A stretch of 64,000 nucleotides of DNA from an uncultured delta proteobacterium (GCA_963704165.1 CAVPHD010000004.1:544001-608000); one strand, 5' to 3'; counted from the stretch's first letter, positions 12,056 to 22,195 are shown. The notes: generated by a model from the sequence alone, not told the origin. Made by a program: numbers and translations.

Positions 12056-14227
12056 ATGGGGGTCCCGAAGGCGCGCTCTTGGCTCGTGGCCGCGCTCGCG
12101 CTCTGCGTGTGCGCGCTTGCCGCCGTGCGCGCGCAGGCAGACGCATCGATCTCGGCCTCGCGCATCTCGATCCCACCCGTGATCGACGGCCGGCTCGACG
12201 ACGAAGCCTGGCGGTCGGCGGGTCGGAGCGACGCGTTTCGCGAGGTCGACCCGATCGAGGGCGGAGCGCCGAGGCAGCGGACCGAGGTCTGGGTCGCGTA
12301 CGACGACGAAGCGGTCTACGTCGCCGTGCGCTGTCACGACACCGATCCCGGAGGCATCGTCGCGAAGACGCTGCTCCCCGACGTGGACATGCGCTCCGAC
12401 GACCGCGTGAACTTCGTCTTCGACACGTTTCACGACTCGCGCAACGGCTACTTCTTCCAGATCAACCCGGTGAGCGCGCGCTCCGACGCGCTGATCGAGA
12501 ACAACGCGATCTTCCGGCGAGAGTGGGACACGATCTGGTACGGGCAGGCGCGGGTCGACGCCGGCGGATGGAGCGCCGAGATCGCGATTCCGTTCCAGAG
12601 CCTGACGTTCCGGCCCGACGATCCGGTCTGGGGCTTCGAGGTCGAGCGCATCGTGCGCCGCGACAGTCAGAAGATCCGCTGGGCGAATCACTCGCAGAAC
12701 CACTTGATCACCAACGTCGCCGGAATCGGCCGGATCGAAGGGCTCGAGGGTGTGTCGGGAACGGGTCTCGACCTGAAGCCGACGTATCGTGCGGGACTCG
12801 ACCGCAGGTACGACTCCGGCGACGACGACTGGCTCGGACGGCCCGGCCTCGACGTCTTCTACAAGCCGACCTCGTCGATCACCACGGTCGCGACGTTCAA
12901 CACCGACTTCTCGGACACGCCCGAGGATCTGCGCCAGACGAACCTCACGCGTTTTCCGATCTTCACCCCCGAGACGCGTGACTTCTTCCTGCAGGACGCG
13001 GGGATCTTCGACTTCGCCGGCATCATCGACAACGGCCGCCCGTTCTTCTCGCGCCGGATCGGAATCGTTCCGGGTGAGGTCGCTCCGATCGACGCAGGCC
13101 TGAAGGCGACGGGCCGCGTCGGTGAACTGAACTTCGGCGCGCTCTCGGTCATGACCGCCCCCACCGGAGCGTACGACCGCGAGAGCCTGACGGTGGCGCG
13201 CGCGAGCTTGAACTTCCTGGGCGAGTCGTCGGTGGGCACCGTCCTGACGCGCGGCGACCCGACGTCGCGCGACTCGGACACCGTGAGCGGAATCGATCTG
13301 CGCCTGCGCGACTCGGAGTTCCAGGGCTCGAAGATCATCGCGGCGGATTTCTTCGCGCTGCGCGCGGGAACGGGCGCGAAGGAGCACGCGTACGGCGCGC
13401 GACTCGACTACCCGAACGACAAGGTGAATTTCGGGCTCGGCTACCAGTGGTTGGGCGACGAGTACGATCCGCCGCTCGGCTTCGCGCCGCGCGTGGGCGT
13501 GCAGTCCTGGATCGGTCGCTACCGGCAGCGCTGGCGCCCGAGTAACACGATCCTGCGCACGATCGACACCGGCTTCACCGGGTTCATGTTCACCGGGCTC
13601 GACGGAAAACGTCAGTCGACGAGCATCCTGATCACCCCGCTCGACCTCACGAGCAACGACGAGGACCGGGTGTACTTCGGCTACCTGATCCGCGAGGAGA
13701 GACTCGAGGCGCCCTCGACCTTCTTCACCGACTCTCTCGTCCCCGCCGGGGACTACGACTTCCAACGCTGGGTCGTTCACGCGGAGACCTCGCTCGGTCG
13801 CCCGGTCGCGGGAATCTTCGAGCTGATCTGGGGTCCGTTCTACGACGGCACGCTCTACGCCTGGCTCGCGCGCGTCGAGCTCCGGCCGTCCCCGCATCTC
13901 TTCTTCTCGCTCGAGTACCGGCAGAACGACGGCCGTCTCGAGCCGCGGACCGGTCCGGGTGGCGAGCGTTACGACGGGAACTTCACCGACCGGCTCGCGA
14001 TCGCGAATCTCGCCTTCGCGTTCACGGAATCGATCTCGTGGACGAACCTCGTGCAGTACGACAACGCCTCGAAGACGGTCGGCGTCAACAGTCGTCTGCG
14101 CTGGGAGGTCGAGTCGGGGAGGGACCTCTACCTGATCTGGAACAACGGATGGAACGCGGACCACGAGCACGTCCGCCCGCTCGTCACGCAAGCGTTCGTG
14201 AAGATCGCCTGGACGTTCCGCTTCTAG
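12056..14227 (+). CDS. Secreted or outer-membrane protein with CBM9-like and DUF5916-like domains
   Basis: Signal peptide, PPVIDGRLDDEAW, GWSAEIAIPF, NTDFS, PETRDFF, FFSRRIG, C-terminal Phe. Confidence 0.8.
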   Translation: MGVPKARSWLVAALALCVCALAAVRAQADASISASRISIPPVIDGRLDDEAWRSAGRSDAFREVDPIEGGAPRQRTEVWVAYDDEAVYVAVRCHDTDPGGIVAKTLLPDVDMRSDDRVNFVFDTFHDSRNGYFFQINPVSARSDALIENNAIFRREWDTIWYGQARVDAGGWSAEIAIPFQSLTFRPDDPVWGFEVERIVRRDSQKIRWANHSQNHLITNVAGIGRIEGLEGVSGTGLDLKPTYRAGLDRRYDSGDDDWLGRPGLDVFYKPTSSITTVATFNTDFSDTPEDLRQTNLTRFPIFTPETRDFFLQDAGIFDFAGIIDNGRPFFSRRIGIVPGEVAPIDAGLKATGRVGELNFGALSVMTAPTGAYDRESLTVARASLNFLGESSVGTVLTRGDPTSRDSDTVSGIDLRLRDSEFQGSKIIAADFFALRAGTGAKEHAYGARLDYPNDKVNFGLGYQWLGDEYDPPLGFAPRVGVQSWIGRYRQRWRPSNTILRTIDTGFTGFMFTGLDGKRQSTSILITPLDLTSNDEDRVYFGYLIREERLEAPSTFFTDSLVPAGDYDFQRWVVHAETSLGRPVAGIFELIWGPFYDGTLYAWLARVELRPSPHLFFSLEYRQNDGRLEPRTGPGGERYDGNFTDRLAIANLAFAFTESISWTNLVQYDNASKTVGVNSRLRWEVESGRDLYLIWNNGWNADHEHVRPLVTQAFVKIAWTFRF

Positions 14228-14230
14228 CTT

Positions 14231-15904
14231 CTAGTGGATCAGCTGCTTGAAACGCATGCGATGCGGCTGGTCCGCGTCGGTGCCTTTGCGGCGGTGCAGG
14301 TCGGCTTCGTACTCCTGGTAGTTCCCCTCGAAGAACTCGACGTGGCTCTCGCCCTCGAACGCGAGCATGTGGGTCGCGATGCGGTCGAGGAACCAGCGGT
14401 CGTGGGAGATCACGACGACGCAGCCCGCGAAGCCGAGCAACGCTTCTTCGAGCGCGCGCAGGGTGTCGACGTCGAGGTCGTTCGTCGGCTCGTCGAGCAG
14501 GAGCACGTTGCCGCCCTCGCGCAGCGTGCGCGCGAGGTGGAGGCGGTTGCGCTCGCCGCCCGAGAGCATCGAGACGCGCTTCTGCTGGTCGGGCCCCTTG
14601 AATCCGAAGCTCCCCACGTACGCGCGGCTCGGCAGCTCGCGGCTTCCGACCTTCATCTTCTCCTCGCCGCCGCTGATCGCCTCGAAGACCGTCTTCTTCG
14701 GGTCGAGATCGGAGCGCGACTGATCGACGTAGGCGAGCTTCACCGTTTCGCCGAGGCGGATCGCGCCGGAGTCGGGCTTCTCGCTGCCGGTGATCATGCG
14801 GAAGAGCGTCGTCTTGCCGGCGCCGTTTCCGCCGATCACTCCGACGATGCCGCCCGGTGGAAGCTCGAAGGAGAGATCGTCGATCAGGAGCAGATCGCCG
14901 TATCCCTTCGAGAGATGCTCGGCTTCGATCACCACGTCGCCGAGGCGCGGTCCGGGCGGGATCGCGATCTCGACCGTCTCGGGCGCGCGGTTGGCTTCCT
15001 CCGCGCGCAGCTTCTCGAACGCGGAGAGCCGCGCCTTGCTCTTCGCCTGCCGCGCACGCGGCGCCATCTGCACCCACTCGAGTTCGCGCTGCAGCGTCCG
15101 TTGGCGCGCCGTCGAGCGCTTCTCCTCGACCTCGAGGCGCTTCTGCTTCTGCTCGAGCCAGGAGCTGTAGTTGCCCTTGTACGGGATTCCACGGCCGCGA
15201 TCGAGCTCGAGGATCCAGCCGGCGACGTTGTCGAGGAAGTAGCGATCGTGCGTGACGGCGACGACCGTGCCCGGGTACTCGTGCAGGAAGCGCTCGAGCC
15301 AGGCGACCGACTCGGCGTCGAGATGATTGGTCGGCTCGTCGAGCAGGAGCAGGTCGGGCTTCTGGAGCAGGAGCCGGCAGAGCGCGACGCGCCGCCGCTC
15401 GCCACCCGAGAGCGTACGCACTTCGGCGTCACCCGGCGGGACGCGAAGCGCGTCCATCGCGACTTCGAGCGTGCGGTCGAGCTCCCACGCGTTCACCGCC
15501 TCGATCTGGTCCTGGAGCTTCGCCTGCTCCTCGATCAGCGCGTTCATCTCGTCGTCGTCGAGAGGCTCGGAAAAACGCGCGGAGACCTCTTCGAAGCGCT
15601 GGAGCAGGGCGCGTGTCGGGGCGACACCTTCCTCGACGACGCCGAGCACGGTCTTGGACTCGTCGAGGACCGGCTCCTGCGCGAGATAGCCGATGCGAAG
15701 GCCCTCGGCCGGGCGCGCGACGCCGACGAACTCGGGGTCGAGCCCCGCCATGATCTTGAGCAGCGTGCTCTTGCCCGAGCCGTTGTGTCCGAGCACGCCG
15801 ATCTTCGCGCCCGGCAGGAACGAGAGCGAGATCTGATCGAGCAGGATGCGATCGGGCGGGACGACCTTGCGCAGATCCTCCATCACGAAGACGAACTCGG
15901 GCAC
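14231..15904 (-). CDS. ettA: Energy-dependent translational throttle ABC-F protein EttA
   Basis: Two ABC domains ([23 protein letters not shown] twice), [27 protein letters not shown]; 557 aa. Confidence 0.96.
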   Translation of the reverse strand: MPEFVFVMEDLRKVVPPDRILLDQISLSFLPGAKIGVLGHNGSGKSTLLKIMAGLDPEFVGVARPAEGLRIGYLAQEPVLDESKTVLGVVEEGVAPTRALLQRFEEVSARFSEPLDDDEMNALIEEQAKLQDQIEAVNAWELDRTLEVAMDALRVPPGDAEVRTLSGGERRRVALCRLLLQKPDLLLLDEPTNHLDAESVAWLERFLHEYPGTVVAVTHDRYFLDNVAGWILELDRGRGIPYKGNYSSWLEQKQKRLEVEEKRSTARQRTLQRELEWVQMAPRARQAKSKARLSAFEKLRAEEANRAPETVEIAIPPGPRLGDVVIEAEHLSKGYGDLLLIDDLSFELPPGGIVGVIGGNGAGKTTLFRMITGSEKPDSGAIRLGETVKLAYVDQSRSDLDPKKTVFEAISGGEEKMKVGSRELPSRAYVGSFGFKGPDQQKRVSMLSGGERNRLHLARTLREGGNVLLLDEPTNDLDVDTLRALEEALLGFAGCVVVISHDRWFLDRIATHMLAFEGESHVEFFEGNYQEYEADLHRRKGTDADQPHRMRFKQLIH

Positions 15905-15963
15905 GGGCGACTCCTCGGGTCGGGGCCGCGGAATATAACCGGGGCGCTACTTTTCGCCGAGCG

Positions 15964-17034
15964 TCAGCTGGCCCAGCCGCGCATGCGCGCGGCCTGATCG
16001 CGCAGAAGCTCCGGGCCGCCGAGCAGCTGGCGCGACAGCGCGACGCGCCGGAACCACAGGTGCAGGTCGTACTGCTCTGTGAAGCCGATCCCGCCGTGGA
16101 CCTCCGTCGCCTTGCGCAGGATTTCCGAGGCGACCTCGGAGAGGTGCGCCTTCGTCAGCGTCGCGAGCCGCACCGCCTCTTCGGGATCGTGATCGAAGGC
16201 GTGCGCGCCGTACCACGCGAGCGAGCGGGCGGGTTCGAGCTCGGCGGCGATCTCGGAGAGCATGTGCTTCACCGCCTGGAAGGAGCCGATCACGCGGCCG
16301 AACTGCTTGCGCTCCATGGCGTAGGCGAGGGACAGCTCGAGCGCGCGCGTGCAGCAGCCGAGCGAATCGAAGGCGAGGGCGAGTCGGCCCGCGGCGAGCA
16401 TGCGCGTCGGGTTTTCGAGCACGGCCATCGACTCGACGCCGTGGAAGCGGAGCTCGGCGATCCTCCGCGTGCGATCGACGCTGTCGAGCGGAACGATTTC
16501 GACGCCGCTCGAAGCCGCCGGGACGATCGCGACCCCGCCCGTGCAGTGCACGAGCAGCCGGTCCGCACCGACGGCGTCGAGCGCGAAGAGCGCGCTGCCC
16601 ACGAGGCGCCCGCGCTCGAGTCGGACCCCGGCTCCGTCGCGGGCGGCGTAGCTCTCGGCGAGCGCGACTCCGAAGCGCGTCCGTCCGGCGGCGATCTCGG
16701 GCAGGAGTTCCTTGGCCAGCGGCTCGGAGCCGCCGTCGCGAATCCCGATCGCGGCGACGACGCCGGTGGCGACGAACGTCGCCGGGGCGGCGGCGCGACC
16801 GAGCTCCTCCGCGACCAGCATCGCGTCGAGAAAGGACAGGTCGTTCCCGCCGTGTGCCTCGGGCACGAGCGTTCCGAACACGCCGAGCTCGCAGAGCTGG
16901 GCGTGGAGATTCGCATCGTGCCCGACTGCGGAGTGGGAGACTTCTCTCGCCCGCGTCGTCGGATACGCGTCCTCGAGCAGCCGCCGAACCGTCTCCTGCA
17001 GAAGTCGCTGCTCGTCCGACAATCCGAAGTCCAT
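15964..17034 (-). CDS. Acyl-CoA dehydrogenase, short partner subunit of a paired ACAD
   Basis: MDFGLSDEQRLLQ, ERKQFGRVIGSFQAVKH, EVHGGIGFT. Confidence 0.9.
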   Translation of the reverse strand: MDFGLSDEQRLLQETVRRLLEDAYPTTRAREVSHSAVGHDANLHAQLCELGVFGTLVPEAHGGNDLSFLDAMLVAEELGRAAAPATFVATGVVAAIGIRDGGSEPLAKELLPEIAAGRTRFGVALAESYAARDGAGVRLERGRLVGSALFALDAVGADRLLVHCTGGVAIVPAASSGVEIVPLDSVDRTRRIAELRFHGVESMAVLENPTRMLAAGRLALAFDSLGCCTRALELSLAYAMERKQFGRVIGSFQAVKHMLSEIAAELEPARSLAWYGAHAFDHDPEEAVRLATLTKAHLSEVASEILRKATEVHGGIGFTEQYDLHLWFRRVALSRQLLGGPELLRDQAARMRGWAS

Positions 17035-17036
17035 CG

Positions 17037-18230
17037 TCAGGCCGCCTTCGGCTCGCGCGGCAGCCCGAGGCCCCGCTCGCCGATGATGTTTTTCTGGATC
17101 TGCGCGGTGCCGCCGCCGATGATCAAGCCGAGCGAGAACATCCACTGCCACGGCCAGCCGCCGCGCGCGCGTTCGTGCGGGGTTCCGCGGACGAGAGGAC
17201 CGAGCTCGCCGAGCACGTCGAGCGCGAGCGCCGCGATCTGGTGATTCAGCTCGCAGCCGCGAAGCTTCACGATCAGCCCCGCGACACCCGGACTTTCGCC
17301 GCGGAGCCCGCAGGTCAAGAGACGGAGCGCGTGGTACTTCATCGCCAGCACGTTCGCTTCCAGTCGGACCAGGCGATCGCGCAGCACCGGGGATTCGATC
17401 GCGCTCCTCGAGTTGATGGTCTCCTGATTCATCAGGGCCACGAGCGAAGCGAACAACGATTCGGTCTGCGTGGTGCTGCCGAGCATGTTCCGCTCGTGTC
17501 GCAGCGTGGTGTTGCCGATCTTCCAGCCCTCGCCGCGCCTTCCGACCAGCGACGACTTCGGGACCCGCACGTTCGTGAAGAACACCTCGTTGAACTCGGC
17601 GTTCCCCGTCAGCGTGTGCAGAGGTCGCACCTCGATTCCCGGCGTGCTCATCGGGAACACCAGGTAGGAGATGCCTTCGTGCTTTCGCGCCTCGGGCTCG
17701 GTGCGCACCAGCGCGAACATCATCTTCGACTCGCGGGCGGTCGAGGTCCAGATCTTCTGGCCGTTGATCACGAAGTCGTCGCCGTCTTCGACCGCGCGGG
17801 TCTGCAGCGACGCGAGGTCGGAGCCCGAGCCCGGCTCGCTGTACCCCTGACACCAGACCATCTCGCCGCGGATCGTCGGTCCCACGTAGGCGCGCTTCTG
17901 CTCCTCGGAGCCGTGCTCGAGCAACGTCGGTACGAGCATCGAGACGCCCTGATTGCCGATGCCGCGCGAGACTCCGGCGCGGGCGAACTCCTCGTCGATG
18001 ATGATCGACTTCAGCATGTCGGGCTCCGCGCCGTACCCCCCGTACGCCTTGGGAATCGTGCGCCCGGCGTAGCCGTTCTCGATCAAGAGGCGCTGCCACG
18101 CGAGCGTGCTCATGGGCGAGCCGACCGCGCCTCCGATCGCCGCGCTCGGTGCGCCCTCCGCGTGCGCGTCGAGAAACGCGCGTACTTCGGACCGGAACGA
18201 CTCGTACTCGGGTCCGTACTCGAGGTCCAT
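17037..18230 (-). CDS. Acyl-CoA dehydrogenase (FadE26/IpdE1-like catalytic subunit)
   Basis: WCQGYSEPGSGSDLASL, INGQKIWTS, FNEVFF, TLRHER, GGGTAQIQKNIIGER. Confidence 0.92.
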   Translation of the reverse strand: MDLEYGPEYESFRSEVRAFLDAHAEGAPSAAIGGAVGSPMSTLAWQRLLIENGYAGRTIPKAYGGYGAEPDMLKSIIIDEEFARAGVSRGIGNQGVSMLVPTLLEHGSEEQKRAYVGPTIRGEMVWCQGYSEPGSGSDLASLQTRAVEDGDDFVINGQKIWTSTARESKMMFALVRTEPEARKHEGISYLVFPMSTPGIEVRPLHTLTGNAEFNEVFFTNVRVPKSSLVGRRGEGWKIGNTTLRHERNMLGSTTQTESLFASLVALMNQETINSRSAIESPVLRDRLVRLEANVLAMKYHALRLLTCGLRGESPGVAGLIVKLRGCELNHQIAALALDVLGELGPLVRGTPHERARGGWPWQWMFSLGLIIGGGTAQIQKNIIGERGLGLPREPKAA

Positions 18231-18300
18231 GGGGGCTCCTTCGCGGCCATTATCGTTGCTGGCACCGCGCACTGTCCAACGCCCGCTACACTCGCAGCCG

Positions 18301-19578
18301 ATGGATCCTCTTCTCGGTGCCCTGATCATCGTCGCGTGTCTTCTGTCGTCGGCCTTCTTCTCCGCCAGCGAGACGGCGCTTCTGCGGATGCGTGCGCACG
18401 AGCTCGAGAAGGACATCCGAGAGGCGCGCGGACCCGCCGCGTTCGCGATCCGTGACCTGCTCGGCTCGACCTCGCGGCTGCTCGTGACGATCCTGCTTGC
18501 GAACTCGCTCGTGAACATCCTCGGTCCGAGCGTCGCGACCGCGCTGGCCGTCGAATGGCTGGGCGCTCAGCCCGGGGTCCTGGCCTCGACGGCCGTCATG
18601 ACGGCGCTGATCCTGGTCTTCGGCGAGGTTCTGCCCAAGGCACTCGCGGCCTCCCACCCGCGCCGCGTCTCCCACGCGGTGGCACTGCCCTTGTACCTGC
18701 TCCACAAGATGCTCTGGCCGGCGCACCTGGTTTTCGCGCGGATCATCGAGCCGTTCGTTCGGCGAGTGGCGGGAACCGCCGAGGAGGGGCCGCCGATGAC
18801 CACGGTCGAGGACGTGCTCCGGCTCGCGCGTGCCGCGTCGGCTTCCCAATCCGATGCGCACCCCGACGCACACCCGCTCGAGATCATCGGCTCCGCCGCG
18901 GGTGCCGCGAACATGACCGTGATGGAGATCATGGTGCCGCGCGCCGAAATCGTCGCATTTCCGAACGACATCTCCCCGTCGGACCTGCTCGAGAAGGTGA
19001 TGGAGGAGCGCTACACGCGCGTCCTCATCTACGAGGGCTCGATCGACAAGACGCTCGGGATCGTCCACCTGAAGGATCTGATCAAGCTGCTCTCGTCGGA
19101 AGGCGGGGATCTGGCGTCGATCGTGAAGCCGATCCTCCGCGTACCCGGGCGCAAGCCGATCCTGCGGTTGCTCGCCGACATGCAGCGGAACTTCGTGCAC
19201 CTCGCCGTGGTGAAGGACGAGTTCGGCGTGACCCTCGGTCTGGTCACGCAGGAGGACATCCTCGAGGAGATCGTCGGCGAGATCCGCGACGAGTTCGACC
19301 GCGAGGAGCTGCTCACCATCCGAGAGCTTCCCGACGGAGCCTGCGAGGCGCTCGGCCGGGTCAAGGTCGTCGACTTCAACCGCGAGACGGGTTGGGAGGT
19401 TCCGGCCGAGCGTGGCGACACGCTCGCCGGCCTGGTCTTCCACGAGCTCGGCCGCGCGCCGCGCGAGGGTGACGTCGTGTGCGTGCCCGGCTACGAGTTC
19501 CGCATCGCCGACATTTCGGGCACCCGCATCACGCAGGTGGTCGTGCGACGGAACCCGGACGAGGCCACCGAGCGCTAG
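18301..19578 (+). CDS. CNNM/DUF21-CBS-CorC_HlyC (hemolysin-like, Mg/Co transport) membrane protein
   Basis: SAFFSASETA, FGEVLPK, MVPR, VKDEFG..GLVTQEDILEEIVGEIRDEFD, DTLAG. Confidence 0.92.
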   Translation: MDPLLGALIIVACLLSSAFFSASETALLRMRAHELEKDIREARGPAAFAIRDLLGSTSRLLVTILLANSLVNILGPSVATALAVEWLGAQPGVLASTAVMTALILVFGEVLPKALAASHPRRVSHAVALPLYLLHKMLWPAHLVFARIIEPFVRRVAGTAEEGPPMTTVEDVLRLARAASASQSDAHPDAHPLEIIGSAAGAANMTVMEIMVPRAEIVAFPNDISPSDLLEKVMEERYTRVLIYEGSIDKTLGIVHLKDLIKLLSSEGGDLASIVKPILRVPGRKPILRLLADMQRNFVHLAVVKDEFGVTLGLVTQEDILEEIVGEIRDEFDREELLTIRELPDGACEALGRVKVVDFNRETGWEVPAERGDTLAGLVFHELGRAPREGDVVCVPGYEFRIADISGTRITQVVVRRNPDEATER

Positions 19579-19814
19579 ACGTCCTCGTCCTCGTCGATCG
19601 GCTTCAGCAGGATCGGCGAGGGCGCGTACTCGGGTCCGTCCTTCCAGCCCGGGATCCGCTCGGCCTCGGCCAGCCACGACCGCGCGATCGATTCCTCGAC
19701 GACGACGCTCGAGTTGTCGAACGACTCGAGCAGGCTTTCCCAGAGCGCGCGGCCGCCGCTCGCCCACCAGAGCCGCGCGGGATTCTCGAAGTCGATGGCC
19801 AGCTTCACGAGCAC
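19575..19814 (-). CDS. Small acidic, Trp-rich hypothetical protein (79 aa)
   Basis: Protein-like composition, fills gap between genes, TACCCT 7 nt before the GTG start. Confidence 0.7.
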   Translation of the reverse strand: MLVKLAIDFENPARLWWASGGRALWESLLESFDNSSVVVEESIARSWLAEAERIPGWKDGPEYAPSPILLKPIDEDEDV

Positions 19815-19854
19815 GGGGCGCAGGGTAGCGGATCGCTCGTTCCGCGCGCCCCGC

Positions 19855-20613
19855 TCAGTTCATCATCGCGGCGCGCATGCGCGAGCGCAGCCGCGAGACC
19901 GCCTTCGAGTGGATCTGGCAGACGCGGGACTCGGTGATCCCGAGGATCTGCCCGATCTCCTTCAGGTTCAGGTCCTCGTAGTAGTAGAGCGAGATCACCA
20001 GGCGCTCCTTCTCGGGCAGCCCGGCGATGCCGTTCGCGAGCGCCTGGGTCAGCTCGCGCTGCTTCAGCTGAGCGAACGGGTCCTCGGCGTTCACGTCCTC
20101 GAGGTTTCCGCTCGGCAGCGGCTGATCGTTGTCGCTCTGTCCGCGCAGGTCGTCGAGATTCACCATCGACACGCCGCGTGTCTGGTTCACCAAGGTGTGG
20201 AAGTCGTCGATCGGGAGGCCGAGGGTTCCCGCGACCTCGTCGTGGGTGGCGGGCCGGCCGAGTCTCTGCTCGACGGAGTTCGTCGCCTGCTCGAGCTGGC
20301 GGCTCTTCTGGCGCACCGAGCGCGGAACCCAGTCGAGCGAGCGAAGCTGGTCGAGGATCGCGCCACGTATGCGGAACTCCGCATAGGTCTTGAACTTGCA
20401 GTCCTTGGTCGGGTCGTACTTGTCGACCGCGTCCATCAGGCCGATCACGCCGGTGTTGTGCAGATCCTCGAGGTCCACGTGGGAGGGCAGCCGCACCGCG
20501 ATCCGGCTCACGATGTAACTGATCAACGAGGTGTGTTCGATCACGATCCGTTCTTTCAGTTCAGGCGGGACCCGCCCATGTCGTGCCCAAGCCTTCCGGA
20601 TCAGAGTCTCCAT
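19855..20613 (-). CDS. fliA: FliA/WhiG (sigma28) family RNA polymerase sigma factor
   Basis: IAVRLPSHVDLEDL, FKTYAEFRIRGAILDQLRSLDWVPRSVR, LYYYEDLNLKEIG..LGITESRVCQIH. Confidence 0.93.
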   Translation of the reverse strand: METLIRKAWARHGRVPPELKERIVIEHTSLISYIVSRIAVRLPSHVDLEDLHNTGVIGLMDAVDKYDPTKDCKFKTYAEFRIRGAILDQLRSLDWVPRSVRQKSRQLEQATNSVEQRLGRPATHDEVAGTLGLPIDDFHTLVNQTRGVSMVNLDDLRGQSDNDQPLPSGNLEDVNAEDPFAQLKQRELTQALANGIAGLPEKERLVISLYYYEDLNLKEIGQILGITESRVCQIHSKAVSRLRSRMRAAMMN

Positions 20614-20672
20614 CCGTTCCCTCTCCTCTACGAGCTTCCGCGAGTTGCTTCGGACCTGCGCGCGCTCGGATG

Positions 20673-20688
20673 TGCAAGGCGGGTGCCC
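20673..20688 (-). promoter_or_regulatory. Putative sigma54 (-24/-12) promoter of fliA
   Basis: Minus strand GGGCAC-CCGCC-TTGCA (GG-N10-GC), about 60 nt upstream of the fliA ATG. Confidence 0.65.
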
Positions 20689-20895
20689 GGCGCTGAATCG
20701 GCTCCGAATGGCTCGCCCTTGAGGACCGGCAAGTACCGCGCAGCACACCGGAAGATCCCGAGAATGCACGGGAATTCCGGAGCGTCGGGGTCGGGTACGC
20801 GGCTCGGTGAAGCCCCCCCGGAGCGGGCCCGGCGAGGCCCCGCGCCGTCGGATCCTTGACGCTCGAGCGACCGGGTCGCGTTGGCTTTCCGACGC

Positions 20896-20922
20896 TCAAT
20901 CTCGGCTGCGAAAAGCCGAATT
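20896..20922 (+). promoter_or_regulatory. Putative sigma28 promoter of the PilZ gene
   Basis: TCAA-N15-GCCGAATT, 7 nt before GTG at 20930. Confidence 0.6.
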
Positions 20923-20929
20923 ACGCTGC

Positions 20930-21307
20930 GTGGTCTACGAATCCGACTCTCTTCGACCGCTGCCGACGCGACGGGTCGCGACGCGCTACGTCGTCCGGAT
21001 TGGAGTGATTCTCCACGTCGGGGAGCGGGCGATCGAAGCCGCGATGGTGGACATCTCCGCCAGCGGTGCGCTCGTCGAGTGTGCGCCGCTCGGGATCGCG
21101 CCCGGTGCGAGCATCATGATCGAAATCGAGACCTTCAAGGTCGACCCGCCCATCCGCATGCTCGCGAAGCACGTGCGCGACACCGTCACGGGCTGCGCGC
21201 TGCGGTTCGCCGACGTCGATCCTTTCCTGCGCGTCTTCGTGAAGCTGGTGCACTCGAGTGAGGAATCCGAGGAGGACCCGCTCGAGAAGCTGCTGGCGGA
21301 GTCCTGA
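20930..21307 (+). CDS. Single-domain PilZ (c-di-GMP receptor) protein
   Basis: RxxxR (RRVATRY) and DxSxxG (DISASGA) motifs; GCALRF. Confidence 0.82.
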   Translation: MVYESDSLRPLPTRRVATRYVVRIGVILHVGERAIEAAMVDISASGALVECAPLGIAPGASIMIEIETFKVDPPIRMLAKHVRDTVTGCALRFADVDPFLRVFVKLVHSSEESEEDPLEKLLAES

Positions 21308-21333
21308 CGCCCGGATTCGCGTAGGATCGCCGT

Positions 21334-22083
21334 GTGGACCTCGGACTCCGCGGCAGGACGGCGATCGTCACGGGCGGCGCCTCGGGCATCGGCCTCGAGA
21401 CGTCGCGCGTGTTGGCGCGCGAGGGCGTGCGGATCGTGATCGCGGATCTCGACCCCGCGCGCATCGCGAGCGCGCGGTCGGAGCTGGAGAAGATCGGCGT
21501 CGAGACGGCGGGCGTGGAGACCGACGTCTGCCGCTACGCGGACTGCGAGCGACTGCTCGGTTCGACGATCGACCGCTTCGGCGACGTCGAGATCCTGGTG
21601 GCGAGCGCCGGAATCAACCGCGAGGACTTCTTCCTGAAGCAGCGGCCCGAGGACTGGCGCGCGCTCCTCGACGTGAATGTGATGGGCGTCCTCCACGTGA
21701 ACCACGTCGTCGGCGCACACATGGTCGAGCGCCGAGCCGGAGCGATCGTGAATCTGGGATCCGAGGCGGGCAAGGTCGGAGAGAAACGCATGGTCGCCTA
21801 CTCGGCGACGAAGGGTGCGGTGATCGCGTTCACGAAGGCCTTCGCCACCGAAGTCGGCCGCGCGAACGTGCGGGTGAACGCGGTCTGCCCCGGCGTGACC
21901 CGAACGCCGATGACGGCGAGCATGAGCGACGAGATCCGCGAGCGGGCGGCACGGCTCTACCCGCTCGGCCGGCTCGGCGAGCCCGCCGACATCGCGTCGA
22001 TGATCGTCTTCCTGGCCAGCGACCAGGCGAGCTGGGTGACGGGGCAGGCCTTCAGCGTCTCGGGCGGGTTCGGCCGCTCCTGA
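21334..22083 (+). CDS. SDR family oxidoreductase (BadH/FabG-like)
   Basis: TGGASGIG, YSATK, RVNAVCPG. Confidence 0.92.
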   Translation: MDLGLRGRTAIVTGGASGIGLETSRVLAREGVRIVIADLDPARIASARSELEKIGVETAGVETDVCRYADCERLLGSTIDRFGDVEILVASAGINREDFFLKQRPEDWRALLDVNVMGVLHVNHVVGAHMVERRAGAIVNLGSEAGKVGEKRMVAYSATKGAVIAFTKAFATEVGRANVRVNAVCPGVTRTPMTASMSDEIRERAARLYPLGRLGEPADIASMIVFLASDQASWVTGQAFSVSGGFGRS

Positions 22084-22147
22084 GGGCGCAGATCCGGCGC
22101 TCCTGTCCACGAGAGGACGCGGCCCTCGCGCGGTCGAGATCTTCCGC

Positions 22148-22175
22148 TGAACCTCCTCACGCGCTCCGCCGATAC
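22148..22175 (+). promoter_or_regulatory. Putative sigma28 promoter
   Basis: TGAA-N16-GCCGATAC, 20 nt before ATG 22196. Confidence 0.55.
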
Positions 22176-22195
22176 CAGAGCTACCGAAGCTCACC

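Noticed and set aside
20614..20929. GC-rich fliA-pilZ intergenic region as a c-di-GMP riboswitch or ncRNA
   Set aside because: I could not find the conserved class I or II riboswitch motifs by eye; promoter motifs explain the region. An Rfam/Infernal scan would settle it.
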